The notes beneath the pieces were generated by a model, which was given only the letters and a program-made list of their open reading frames with translations, was not told the DNA's origin and did not search any database. This document shows positions 37,547 through 47,351 of a stretch of 64,000 nt of DNA, piece by piece. Made by a program: the position numbers and the translations under genes. Numbering within the stretch: the stretch's first letter is position 1; every line of letters starts with the position of its first letter. Location of the stretch: assembly GCA_016177845.1 (NCBI GenBank), contig JACOUO010000011.1, forward strand, positions 128,326-192,325, read 5' to 3'. Source of the stretch: Deltaproteobacteria bacterium. GTDB lineage: Bacteria; Desulfobacterota; GWC2-55-46.

Positions 37547-38687
37547 TCTCGTAAAAAGAAGCTTTCTGAAGACTGCTTTCGCAATTGCACTTGTTTCAGC
37601 CCCGTTTGCAACTCAGGCAAATGCTGAGGACTACGCTGCCGCGCAGACTTATTTTCATAGCTTCACCAATAATATCAGCGTCACCTCAGGCGTATTCGCA
37701 CTCAATAAAGATCTATCCATGGATACATCGGCCTATCTGAAATACTCGGTCGATGTAATCAATTCATCGGGCGATGACGAGGGGGGAACCGTAGTGTCCG
37801 GGGCCTCAAGCGCGGCTACCACCGGAGTTTCAGATACCCGTAATGATATTAATCTCGGTTTTACTCATAATTTTAAGAACATCATCGGCCTTGAAGCGTA
37901 CTACGATTACAGCAAAGAGACTGACTACACTTCAAAGACGCCGACAATAACCCTTAAAAAAGACCTTTTTGACAAGAATACGACTTTGTCGCTCGGCTAT
38001 TCGAGGAATGACGATGATATAAGCGGCAAATTTTTAGGCAATACCCAGACAAGGACAACCGATAACTTCTTCCTGGGCGTCACGCAGGTCATCTCCCCGG
38101 TAACTGTTGCCCAGATAGGTTATTCAAGGAGCAACTCAAGGGGCCAGATGTCGGAAGGCATCAGGCTGGTGCCTCTTAACGGGGTAGCCGCAAGCACCTG
38201 TACTGCCGAGTCAGCCACCTGCGTTGATGAAGCGCATCCGTCATCAAGGTATAGGGACGCATATATACTTGGCATCAACCACTATTTCCTCAACAGCCCA
38301 TATGAGTTCCTTGAGGAGTCATCGGTCAAGTTCACGCTACGTTATTACACTGACAGCTGGGATGTTGAGTCATACATGGCTGAGGCAGAGTGGAACAAGT
38401 ACCTTAACGACCGCTTGCTGCTAAGGCTTGATTACAGGTATTACACGCAGACAGCAGCGTATTTTGTAAAAGATATATACACTGCGTCCGATGAGTTCAA
38501 GTCATCTTCTCCTCAGCTTGTAAGCAAGGATACGCAGCTTGCAGGCGTAAAGCTTACTTATGAATTCGAGGAGGATGAATCCTCAGGCATCAGGCTCGGG
38601 TCAATTGAAGGCAAGTATGAAGCGTGGGCAGAATCAACAGATGTATATGCCCATATCATCATGGCCGCAGTAAGGTTCAACTTCTAA
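37527..38687 (+). CDS. DUF3570 outer-membrane beta-barrel
   Basis: Overlaps DUF4266; VSGAS, S.E.DY.S, E.HP..R, RYY.DSWDVES; C-terminal F. Confidence 0.82.
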   Translation: MAVAAINLVKRSFLKTAFAIALVSAPFATQANAEDYAAAQTYFHSFTNNISVTSGVFALNKDLSMDTSAYLKYSVDVINSSGDDEGGTVVSGASSAATTGVSDTRNDINLGFTHNFKNIIGLEAYYDYSKETDYTSKTPTITLKKDLFDKNTTLSLGYSRNDDDISGKFLGNTQTRTTDNFFLGVTQVISPVTVAQIGYSRSNSRGQMSEGIRLVPLNGVAASTCTAESATCVDEAHPSSRYRDAYILGINHYFLNSPYEFLEESSVKFTLRYYTDSWDVESYMAEAEWNKYLNDRLLLRLDYRYYTQTAAYFVKDIYTASDEFKSSSPQLVSKDTQLAGVKLTYEFEEDESSGIRLGSIEGKYEAWAESTDVYAHIIMAAVRFNF

Positions 38688-38704
38688 AACTTTTCTATAT
38701 TTTT

Positions 38705-38738
38705 AAAAAGGGCTGCGGATAACTCCGCAGCCCTTTTT
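38705..38738. terminator. Bidirectional intrinsic terminator
   Basis: AAAAAGGGCTGCGGA-TAAC-TCCGCAGCCCTTTTT. Confidence 0.85.
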
Positions 38739-39010
38739 GATTATGTGGTCTGATTTTGTCTTTACAAAACCCCGAGGGCGTTAATGGTGCGGCAGCCACT
38801 AAGGGAGGAAGGGTGAGCGAGCCGGGGCTGCAGGAGCGTAGCGACTTAAGCTTTGAGGTGAACGGATTGGGGAGGAGCGGGGTTGCGCATCCATTCGCCC
38901 GAAAGAGTCCGGCATGGCGTTAAAGTTAAAACAGCACTGAACACTGATATTTTCTTTCCTTTATCCTGCTCTTTAAAGCTTTGTAGGGTGGGCTGTGCCC
39001 CTAATCAAGC

Positions 39011-39500
39011 TGTCATTCCCGAATGTCTCTGTCGGGAATTTACTTTTAAAAATACTGGATTCCCGCTTTCGCGGGAATGACAATTACTAAACTGTTATTG
39101 CGAACGAAGTGATGCAATCTGATCTGCCTCCAACTGAAAAATAGATTGCTTCGGGCTTAGCCCTCGCAATGACATTTACCCCTTCACCCAGCCCTCTCCC
39201 ACAAGGGGAGAGGGATAAACCGTTATTCCCGAATGTCTCTGTCGGGAATTTACTTTTAAAAATACTGGATTCCCGCTTTCGCGGGAATGACAATTACTAA
39301 ACTGTCATTGCGAACGAAGTGAAGCAATCTGATCTGCCTCCAACTGAAAAATAGATTGCTTCGGGCTTGGCCCTCGCAATGACATTTATCCCCTCAGCCA
39401 GCCCTCTCATTGCTATGCCGTTGTACCATTCAACCCTTGGCCCTCGCAATGAGATTTACCCCTTTACCCAGCCCTCTCCCACAAGAGGAGAGGGAGAAAA
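39011..39500. repeat. Tandem 210-bp composite REP-like units (two copies plus a partial third)
   Basis: 39011-39220 repeated from 39221; each unit has GTCATTCCCG..CGGGAAT..ATTCCCGCTTTCGCGGGAATGAC, GTCATTGCGA..GCAATC..GATTGCTTCG..CTCGCAATGAC and CCCTCTCCC..GGGGAGAGGG. Confidence 0.9.
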
Positions 39501-39561
39501 CCGCTGTCATTTACCTATTCTCCGTATTTTTTTACAAGACCCCCTTTGATTCATTATCACC

Positions 39562-39594
39562 TCTAATTTTCCCTTAATCTTGAATTCGTATAAT
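39562..39594 (+). promoter_or_regulatory. Direct-repeat activator box plus -10, copy 3
   Basis: TCTAAT-TTTCC-CTTAAT-CTTG, 6 nt, TATAAT. Confidence 0.65.
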
Positions 39595-39642
39595 GGAGTC
39601 ATGTAACGGAACAAAATCCGGTCTTTAAAAGGAGGCTCTGTA

Positions 39643-39729
39643 ATGGAAAACAGGATGAATGAAATCTTTGACATAATTGCCAATCTTGCCGTTGTGATAG
39701 TAATCGTATCAGCGGTCATCATATCCTAA
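39643..39729 (+). CDS. 28-aa hydrophobic micro-protein
   Basis: MENRMNEIFDIIANLAVVIVIVSAVIIS; AAGGAGG SD; own promoter and terminator. Confidence 0.65.
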   Translation: MENRMNEIFDIIANLAVVIVIVSAVIIS

Positions 39730-39766
39730 ATCATCCGCATTAAAATCCCGCTCCCCAACCCACCTT

Positions 39767-39802
39767 CAAGGGAGGCCTTTTGGGCCTCCCTTGTCTTTTT
39801 TT
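39767..39802 (+). terminator. Intrinsic terminator after the micro-ORF
   Basis: CAAGGGAGGCC-TTTTG-GGCCTCCCTTG-TCTTTTTTT. Confidence 0.85.
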
Positions 39803-39853
39803 GAGATAAACTAAAAAATTGATATGGATACCCGATTTTGTTATTCTTTAAAA

Positions 39854-40843
39854 ATGCGTAAAACATTCCTTTTGTTCCTGACCCTTTTCATATTCATCTC
39901 TTCAAATCCTGCATATGCGGGCAGCTTTAAAAAGAGTACCGTTGTAATGGGTACAGACCTTGAGATGAATCTCGTTGCCGAAGATGAGACGGCTGTCAAC
40001 GCTGCCTTCGATAAGGTTGTCGCAGAGATGAACCGTATCGAAAATGTGATGAGCGAATGGAGGGAAGGCACCAAGGTCTCTGAGATAAACAGGAATGCCG
40101 GGATAAAGCCGGTAGAGGTCACGGAAGAACTTTTTAATCTGATATCAGCTTCCATTCAGGTCTCTGAACTTACGGAAGGGGCTTTTGATATTTCATGGGC
40201 ATCCATGAGGGGGGTGTGGAGCTTTGCAAAGGGGAGCGAGAGGCTTCCCACAGCAGAAGAGATAAAAGAAAGGCTGCCGCTCGTCAATTATAAAAACATA
40301 GAGCTTGATAATGAGAAAAAGACCGTTTACCTCAAGACCAAAGGCATGGCAATCGGCCTTGGAGCAATAGCAAAGGGGTACGCTGTAGACAAGGCTGCCC
40401 AGATACTTTTCAATTCAGGCGTAAGGAACTTTGTGATAAAGGCAGGCGGAGACATGCGCGTCCAAGGCGCTCAGGAGAATGGCAAGCCCTGGCCAATAGG
40501 TATCCGCCATCCGAGGGACAGGGAAAAGTTTATAGCAAAGCTTCATCTTACAAACATCTCGATATCCACCTCAGGCGATTATGAAAGGTTTTTCATCAGG
40601 GACGGCGTCCTTTACCATCATATAATGGACCCCAAAACAGGCTATCCCGCGCGCGGCAGCCAGAGCGTGACCATTATTGCCCATGACACAATGACCTCTG
40701 ACGCCTTCTCAACCGCAATCTTTGTGCTCGGGCCTGAAAAAGGCCTTAAACTTATCAGTAAACTTAAGGGCATTGAAGCTGTTATTGTGGATGACACCGG
40801 TAAGATCAGCGGCTCATCAGGCGTGGATATAAGAACCAAATAA
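39854..40843 (+). CDS. apbE: FAD:protein FMN transferase (start re-assigned to MRKTFL)
   Basis: VMGT, GAFDI, GAIAKGYAVD, AGGD, STSGDYER, YHHIMDPKTGYP, DAFSTA. Confidence 0.93.
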   Translation: MRKTFLLFLTLFIFISSNPAYAGSFKKSTVVMGTDLEMNLVAEDETAVNAAFDKVVAEMNRIENVMSEWREGTKVSEINRNAGIKPVEVTEELFNLISASIQVSELTEGAFDISWASMRGVWSFAKGSERLPTAEEIKERLPLVNYKNIELDNEKKTVYLKTKGMAIGLGAIAKGYAVDKAAQILFNSGVRNFVIKAGGDMRVQGAQENGKPWPIGIRHPRDREKFIAKLHLTNISISTSGDYERFFIRDGVLYHHIMDPKTGYPARGSQSVTIIAHDTMTSDAFSTAIFVLGPEKGLKLISKLKGIEAVIVDDTGKISGSSGVDIRTK

Positions 40844-40878
40844 TCTTTAGCTGTCCTAATTATTCCTATCGTACCCTC

Positions 40879-40921
40879 TTGACAAATCCTTTGTTCGTCT
40901 GTATTATAGTAAGCACTTACT
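40879..40921 (+). promoter_or_regulatory. Sigma70 promoter with adjacent TetR operator
   Basis: TTGACA-N17-TATTAT followed immediately by palindrome AGTAAG-CA-CTTACT. Confidence 0.75.
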
Positions 40922-40942
40922 TACCTTTTAGGCTGAGAATCT

Positions 40943-41590
40943 ATGTATAAAGAATCCCGTAAAATGCCAAAATCCGCAGAAGACTCCAAAAAGAGGATGT
41001 CGGGTGAGCAGCGCAAGGCGCAGATAGTAACTGTTGCCATGCAGCTTTTTGCCGAAGAGGGATTTAAAGGCACTACGACCCGCGAAATAGCCCGCAGGGC
41101 GGGCATCAGCGAGGCTGTCATATTCAAGCATTTCTCCAAAAAAGAAGACCTGTATAATGCAATAATAGACCAGTGCTGTAATGACGGCGGCGGGGAATCG
41201 AGACTACTTAAACTCCTTAAGCAGAAACAAGGGAGGGAAGTGTTCAGCGAAGTAGCAATGTTTCTCATAACAGAGCATCAGAACGATTCCACCTTTTTAA
41301 AGCTACTTACCTATAGCGCGCTGGAGAAACACACACTTTCGGATATATTTATAAAGACCAAGGCAATGGAGCTGATCGAGTTCCTTGTATCCCATATAAA
41401 ATCCCTTATGGATGAAGGCGTATTCAGAAAGGCTGACCATGAGCTTGCGGCCCGCGCCTTCCTCGGCATGGTGCTTCATTTCAATATTGCCCAGGAGCTA
41501 TACGGCCTTAAAAAGACCTTCAAGAGGCAGAACAGTGATGTTGTCGATACATTCGTTGATATTTTCTTTGATGGAATGAAGAGGAGGTAA
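40943..41590 (+). CDS. TetR/AcrR-family repressor
   Basis: AMQLFAEEGFKGTTTREIARRAGISEAVIFKHF.KKEDL. Confidence 0.93.
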   Translation: MYKESRKMPKSAEDSKKRMSGEQRKAQIVTVAMQLFAEEGFKGTTTREIARRAGISEAVIFKHFSKKEDLYNAIIDQCCNDGGGESRLLKLLKQKQGREVFSEVAMFLITEHQNDSTFLKLLTYSALEKHTLSDIFIKTKAMELIEFLVSHIKSLMDEGVFRKADHELAARAFLGMVLHFNIAQELYGLKKTFKRQNSDVVDTFVDIFFDGMKRR

Positions 41591-41591
41591 G

Positions 41592-42956
41592 ATGCGAAAA
41601 ACAGTTCCAAAGACATTGTGTTTGGCACAAGATCACCGGGGGAGCTTTGTTTATCTTCTCTTTTTATCAGCTCTTGTAATGGCTATTTTAATAAGTTCGC
41701 CTCTTTTCGCGCAGGACAGGGTAATAACCCTTGATGAGGCATATAAGACCGCGGTTGACAACCACGAAGCGGTAAAGATTGCAGGTGAGGCGGTCTCTCA
41801 GGCACAGAGCAACCTTGATAAGACTACCGCAAGGATACTTCCGAACCTGACAGTGGAAGGCACATACACAAGATATAACGAACAGAAGTCCTCTGGCAGT
41901 TTCGTCACACAGCCTGAAGACAACTCCAAGGTCGATATAAGGGTCACTCAGCCGCTTTATACGGGCGGCAGGGAGTGGGCAAACAGAAGGCAGGCCAGAG
42001 CCCTCATAGAAAAGTCAAAAGAGGGAGTTGAACTTTCTACTGAAAATGTCCTTCGCGCAACCGCTCGCGCGTATTTCGGACTTCTCAAGGCCCAAAAGGA
42101 TGTGGAGATAAAAGATGCCGCTCTCAAAAGGGCTGATGAGAGAAGAAAGGTAGCTGACGCAAGATTCAAGGTAGGCGAAGTAACAAGGTCTGCGGTCCTT
42201 AGGGCTGAGGCAGAGTTGGCAGGAGCAGAGGCAGAGCTTATCACCTCAAAAAGCAATCTTTTGGATGCCCGCAATAACCTTAAAAGAATTTTAGGCGTAA
42301 CAGAGGACTTTGCCGTAGTTGAGCCTGCCCAGCATGGCTCTGTAGAAGGCGATACAGAGACGCTCGTAAAACGCGCGCTTGATTCAAGGAATGATTATAA
42401 GCAGAGCATACTTGATCAGAGGGTAGCATCCGAAGGCATCACCTTTGCCAAAGGCAATTTCTATCCGCAGCTTAAATTAGAGGGACTTTATTCGTGGAGG
42501 GACCAGAATCCTCAGACGACTTTTTTTCAGGAGGACAGCCTCTCCGCTTCCCTCATACTTACTTATCCTATATTTGAAGGCGGGTTAAGGAGGGCTGAAG
42601 TAGCGGAGGCAAGGAGTAAATTCAGGGAAGCCGAGTTCAGGAAGCTGGGCTTAAGAAGAGATATTGAAATAGAAGTAAGGGACGCCATAAACAATGTTGA
42701 ATCCTTCAGGGCTGTCATAGATTCATTCACCAAGCAGGTCTCTTTTGCCGAGGAGGACTACAGGATGGTATTTGAGCAGTTCAAGTTCGGCATTGCAACA
42801 ACAGTAGAGGTCATTGATTCCGATACTACACTTGTGCAGGCTCAGAGGTCATTGGCAAATGCCGCTTACGACCTGCAGTTATCAATTATTGAATTAAAGT
42901 ACAGGCTTGGGATACTTGCGCAGGACGCAGGTTTTACAGAAAAAAGCCCTAAATAG
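41592..42956 (+). CDS. TolC-family outer-membrane efflux protein
   Basis: ITLDEA...A...H, duplicated P...(Q/Y)P(L/I)(Y/F).GG repeats. Confidence 0.9.
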   Translation: MRKTVPKTLCLAQDHRGSFVYLLFLSALVMAILISSPLFAQDRVITLDEAYKTAVDNHEAVKIAGEAVSQAQSNLDKTTARILPNLTVEGTYTRYNEQKSSGSFVTQPEDNSKVDIRVTQPLYTGGREWANRRQARALIEKSKEGVELSTENVLRATARAYFGLLKAQKDVEIKDAALKRADERRKVADARFKVGEVTRSAVLRAEAELAGAEAELITSKSNLLDARNNLKRILGVTEDFAVVEPAQHGSVEGDTETLVKRALDSRNDYKQSILDQRVASEGITFAKGNFYPQLKLEGLYSWRDQNPQTTFFQEDSLSASLILTYPIFEGGLRRAEVAEARSKFREAEFRKLGLRRDIEIEVRDAINNVESFRAVIDSFTKQVSFAEEDYRMVFEQFKFGIATTVEVIDSDTTLVQAQRSLANAAYDLQLSIIELKYRLGILAQDAGFTEKSPK

Positions 42957-42969
42957 CAGGAGCAAATTG

Positions 42970-44124
42970 ATGAAAATTAAAAATAAGACCATCTTTCCGA
43001 TTCTGGCCGCGCTGATAATTGCCGCAGCCGGTTGTTCAAAGAAAGAAGCCCCGAAAAAGCCTGAAGGCGCGGCAGCGGCAAAGCCCTCCACTGCGCAGAT
43101 AATGGATGTAAAGACAGTTGTCGTTGAGGCGCGCACGGTTGACAGGAGCGTAGAGGCAACAGGCACTCTTCTTCCCTGGGATGAGTCAATAGTAAGCAGT
43201 GAGGTGCACGGCACCATTGATAAGATTTCAGCCGACCTCGGGGACAGGGTAAAGGCAGGGCAGACACTTGCCATCCTTGACCAGAGGGAGATGAAGATAA
43301 ACCACGCGGACGCCGAGGCAGCCTACAAGACCAGCGTAAAGGCGTTGGAGAGGGAGAAGGCAAGGCTTTCGGATGCAGCTACAACCCTGAAGAGGTACGA
43401 AGAATTGTTCAAGCAGGGCATGGTTGCGGCAAGCCAGTACGACAATGCCCGCACCTCTTATGATGTAGCGCAGGCGCAGGTGAATGAGGCTGAGGCAAAG
43501 GTCGAGCAATCTCTCGCAAAGCTGAACTTCGCTGAAAAGCGCCTTGCCGATATCACAATCAAATCCCCTCTTACAGGCGAGATCAAGAAGAGGAATGTAT
43601 CCACAGGTGAGAGTGTAGAGATAGGTAAGCCCCTGTTTACAGTTGTGTCCACAGGCACGCTTAAGTTTCGCGGAACCATTGCCGAGGCCTCTGTCCCGGA
43701 TGTAAAGGCAGGCCAGCAGGTGCTTATAAATGTAGAGGCTTTCAAGGACAAGGTGTTCAAGGGTCAGGTCACAAGGATAAGCCCTGCCGTAGATATGCAG
43801 ACAAGGACCCTTGAGATAGAGGCCTCAGTGCCTAATCCGCAGGGTGTGCTGAAACCGGGTTTTTTCGCCAGAGGTATGATACTCACCAGGAAAGAGGCAA
43901 ATGTGCCTTTTGTGCCTGAGAGCGCTGTTTATACATTCGTAGGCATCACAAAGGTATTTGTAATAAACAATAATACTGCCGCTGAAAGGCTCGTTAAAAC
44001 CGGCGTAAGGCAAAACGACATGGTCGAGATAATCGATAAGATAAAACCCGGCGACACGGTAGCTACAACTAACCTTTCAAATATTTTTGACGGCGCGAAA
44101 GTCAATATCCTAACCAATAAATAG
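42970..44124 (+). CDS. RND periplasmic adaptor (MFP) lipoprotein (start re-assigned to MKIKNK)
   Basis: Lipobox AAAGC, GDRVKAGQ.LA.LD, IKSPL.G, TRTL.IEA..PN...LKPG.F. Confidence 0.92.
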   Translation: MKIKNKTIFPILAALIIAAAGCSKKEAPKKPEGAAAAKPSTAQIMDVKTVVVEARTVDRSVEATGTLLPWDESIVSSEVHGTIDKISADLGDRVKAGQTLAILDQREMKINHADAEAAYKTSVKALEREKARLSDAATTLKRYEELFKQGMVAASQYDNARTSYDVAQAQVNEAEAKVEQSLAKLNFAEKRLADITIKSPLTGEIKKRNVSTGESVEIGKPLFTVVSTGTLKFRGTIAEASVPDVKAGQQVLINVEAFKDKVFKGQVTRISPAVDMQTRTLEIEASVPNPQGVLKPGFFARGMILTRKEANVPFVPESAVYTFVGITKVFVINNNTAAERLVKTGVRQNDMVEIIDKIKPGDTVATTNLSNIFDGAKVNILTNK

Positions 44125-44131
44125 GGCTGAT

Positions 44132-47100
44132 ATGTCATTATACGAAATATGCATAAGAAGGCCTGTATTCGCAACGATGCTCATCCTGAGCCTTGTTGTG
44201 ATGGGGCTTGCCTCTTTCGGCAAGCTCGGGCTCGATATATTCCCGAAGGTCGATCTTCCGACCGTAACCATCACCACCCGTCTTGAAGGCGCAAGCCCTG
44301 AGGAGATAGAGAGCCAGATAACAAAGCCTATCGAAGAGGTCGTCAATACCATAAGCGGCATTGATGAGCTGCGCTCGACCACTATCGAAGGCCAGTCGCA
44401 GATATATGCCACATTCCTTCTTGAGAAGGACATAAATGTAGCAGCCAATGAGGTGAGGGATAAGGTCTCTACAATACTGTCAACCCTTCCGCTTGGCACG
44501 GATTCGCCGGTAATCGAGAAGGCAGACCCTGACGCCTCTCCCATCATGTCGCTTGTTGTCTCAGGCAAGCGCTCAGCGCGTGAAGTAACTGAAATTGCCG
44601 ACAAGAAGATAAAAAGGCAGCTTGAAGTCATTGAGAATATGGGCGCTATTACCCTTGTCGGCCATAGGCAGAGGGAAGTGCAGGTCGTAATAGACCCTAA
44701 TAGGCTGATTGCCTACAACCTATCAATCGTCAATGTAAAAGAGGCCCTTAAAAGGCAGAATGTCGAGATACCCGGAGGCCGCATCACCTGGGATGCCCGT
44801 GAGCAGGGCTTAAGGACAATGGGCAGGCTTGAGGATGTAAATGAGTTCAATGACCTCATTGTCGCTGACTTTAAAGGCGCGCCTGTGAGGGTCAAAGACA
44901 TAGGCTACGCAATCGATACAGAGGAAGAGCCCCGTTCCATCTCAAGGCTTGACGGCAATAACGCCGTATCCATGCTTGTAAGAAAGCAGTCGGGCACAAA
45001 TACCGTCAAGGTCGTTGATGATGTAAAGGCAAAGCTTGCCGAGATTAAGGCTACTCTGCCGCCTGACATAGATATTCAGGTCGTAACAGACCAGTCCAAG
45101 TTCATCAAAAAATCCATCTCACAGGTCGAAGAGCACCTTGTATTAGGCTCGATTCTGGCAAGCCTCATCATCCTACTTTTCATAAAGAACTGGAGGACGG
45201 CATTCATAGCGGCTCTTGCCATACCGGCCTCTATCATAGGCACATTCACGATATTGAGGTACATGGGCTTTACTCTCAATAACATGACGCTCCTTGCGCT
45301 TTCGGTCTGCACAGGTATTGTCATAGATGACGCTATTATTGTGCTTGAAAATATCTTCAGGCACATGGAAGAGGAGGGCAGAAGCCCTGTTGAGGCCGCT
45401 ATCCACGGCACAAAGGAGATAGCCCTTGCTGTTATGGCAACAACCCTTTCCCTTGTGGTTATATTCCTTCCCGTTGCCTTTATGTCAGGCCTTGTCGGAA
45501 GGTTCTGGAAGAGCTTTGGCCTGACAGCGACATTCGCCATAATGATATCCCTGCTTGTCTCCTTCACGCTTACGCCCATGCTTTCAGCAAGGCTCCTTAA
45601 GCACAAAGGCGGCGAGAAGAAAAAGGATTCAAAGCTTTATTCGAAGATGGAGGCGTCATACCTGTGGCTTCTCAGTTGGTGCCTGCGTCACCGCATAGTG
45701 GCCATCATCGCAGCCATAGCCATATTTTTCTCGGTTGTGCCGCTCTTTAAGATAGCCAAGGCAGAGTTCATAGTTGACGATGACATGAGCGAGTTTGAGG
45801 TGGTCGTTGAGACCCCGCCGGGCTCTTCGCTTGCAAAAACAGATGAGATACTCAAGGGTGTGGAGGCCGAAATAGCCAAGATACCGGAAGTGGTGCATGT
45901 GTTTACCACAATCGGCGTAAGGGGGCAGTATCTCTCAAATGTAACAGATTCCTCAATCTATGTCGGCCTAAAGCATCTCTCTGAGAGGCAGAGGACCCAA
46001 GGTGAGCTTATGCAGGAGGCGCGAATACTCCTCCAGAAATTCCCGAACTTAAGGATAAGCGTTCAGAATATAAATCTCATATCAGGCGGCGGTTTCAAGG
46101 CTACTCCGTTTAACCTCGTAATCAGGGGGCCGGAGCTTCAGAAGCTTGATGAATACTCAAGCAAGCTCATCCAAAGCCTTAAGGCCATCCCCGGCTTTGT
46201 TGATACCGATACAGGACAGGCCTATAAACATCCTGAACTGCAGGTCTATATTGACAGGAAAAAGGCCTCTGACCTTGGCGTCAAGGTTGATTCCATAGCG
46301 ACAAGCCTAAGGACAATGGTCGGAGGTGAAAAGGTCACTCTCTTCAGGGAAGGTGACGAGCAGTACGATGTAAGGCTCAGGCTTGCCGATACATACAGGA
46401 GCAATGCTGAGGCAATAGAGCAGCTCTCGGTACCTAATAATGAGGGCAAGCTCATAAAGCTCAATAACTTTGCTACCCTTACCCCGGGGACAAGCCCCGG
46501 CCAGATAGACAGGTATTCGCAGGAAAGGCAGATTACCGTCATATCAAACCTGAATATGCTACCGCTTGGCGAGGCAGTGACGCGCGCCAATGAGGCTGTG
46601 GCTGATATGAATATGCCTGCCGAGTACAGCACGACTTACCTTGGAAGGGGAAAGCTTATGAAGGACGCTTTCCAGAACTTCCTGATAGCGTTTGTATTGA
46701 GCCTCATATTCATATACATGGTGCTTGCGGCGCAGTTTGAGAGCTTCGTGCACCCGATAACCATAATGGTATCCATCTTCCTGAGTATCCCGTTCGGGAT
46801 TTTGAGCATTATCCTTGCGGGAAGCACTGTGAACATATACAGCGTCATGGGCCTTTTCATCCTTATCGGCGTTGTAAAGAAAAACGCCATCCTCCAGATA
46901 GACTACACCAATACGCTGAGGGGCAGGGGCATGGAGAGATATGCCGCGCAGATGGAGGCAAACAGGGTAAGGCTCAGGCCGATACTTATGACAACCCTTG
47001 CTATCATTGCCGGTATGCTGCCTGTCACGCTGGGCAAGGGAGACGGCTCTTCATCAAGGGCATCGATGGCAGTGGTAATCGTAGGCGGACAGGCTCTATG

Positions 47101-47239
47101 CCTTCTTGTAACCCTTGTCATTATCCCTGTTGTCTATTCCGCTTTCGATGATCTGAGGGGCTTCGGGTATTTTAAAAAGGTCAGGTTCCCGTGGCGCAGG
47201 AATTCAGTTGTAAATGAGGATAACTATACGAATGTGTGA
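44132..47239 (+). CDS. RND efflux permease (AcrB/MdtBC-like)
   Basis: IRRPVFA, GIVIDDAIIVLENI, GVVKKNAIL, RLRPILMTT; 1035 aa. Confidence 0.95.
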   Translation: MSLYEICIRRPVFATMLILSLVVMGLASFGKLGLDIFPKVDLPTVTITTRLEGASPEEIESQITKPIEEVVNTISGIDELRSTTIEGQSQIYATFLLEKDINVAANEVRDKVSTILSTLPLGTDSPVIEKADPDASPIMSLVVSGKRSAREVTEIADKKIKRQLEVIENMGAITLVGHRQREVQVVIDPNRLIAYNLSIVNVKEALKRQNVEIPGGRITWDAREQGLRTMGRLEDVNEFNDLIVADFKGAPVRVKDIGYAIDTEEEPRSISRLDGNNAVSMLVRKQSGTNTVKVVDDVKAKLAEIKATLPPDIDIQVVTDQSKFIKKSISQVEEHLVLGSILASLIILLFIKNWRTAFIAALAIPASIIGTFTILRYMGFTLNNMTLLALSVCTGIVIDDAIIVLENIFRHMEEEGRSPVEAAIHGTKEIALAVMATTLSLVVIFLPVAFMSGLVGRFWKSFGLTATFAIMISLLVSFTLTPMLSARLLKHKGGEKKKDSKLYSKMEASYLWLLSWCLRHRIVAIIAAIAIFFSVVPLFKIAKAEFIVDDDMSEFEVVVETPPGSSLAKTDEILKGVEAEIAKIPEVVHVFTTIGVRGQYLSNVTDSSIYVGLKHLSERQRTQGELMQEARILLQKFPNLRISVQNINLISGGGFKATPFNLVIRGPELQKLDEYSSKLIQSLKAIPGFVDTDTGQAYKHPELQVYIDRKKASDLGVKVDSIATSLRTMVGGEKVTLFREGDEQYDVRLRLADTYRSNAEAIEQLSVPNNEGKLIKLNNFATLTPGTSPGQIDRYSQERQITVISNLNMLPLGEAVTRANEAVADMNMPAEYSTTYLGRGKLMKDAFQNFLIAFVLSLIFIYMVLAAQFESFVHPITIMVSIFLSIPFGILSIILAGSTVNIYSVMGLFILIGVVKKNAILQIDYTNTLRGRGMERYAAQMEANRVRLRPILMTTLAIIAGMLPVTLGKGDGSSSRASMAVVIVGGQALCLLVTLVIIPVVYSAFDDLRGFGYFKKVRFPWRRNSVVNEDNYTNV

Positions 47240-47270
47240 TTCTCTTTAGGAAAATTTGACCTGAAACCTG

Positions 47271-47298
47271 AGGCGGGCATTTTGCCCGCCTTTTTTTT
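47271..47298 (+). terminator. Intrinsic terminator
   Basis: AGGCGGGCA-TTT-TGCCCGCCT-TTTTTTT. Confidence 0.85.
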
Positions 47299-47351
47299 AT
47301 TTCATCAGCGATTCTTGACAATCAGGAGGGGCTGATTAAGACTTGTAAGTA

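Noticed and set aside
39011..39500. Possible CRISPR array
   Set aside because: Period is 210 bp and the intervening sequences are duplicated rather than unique; no cas genes
38883..39549. Short ORFs at 38883, 39087 and 39367
   Set aside because: They are read-throughs of the palindromic repeats
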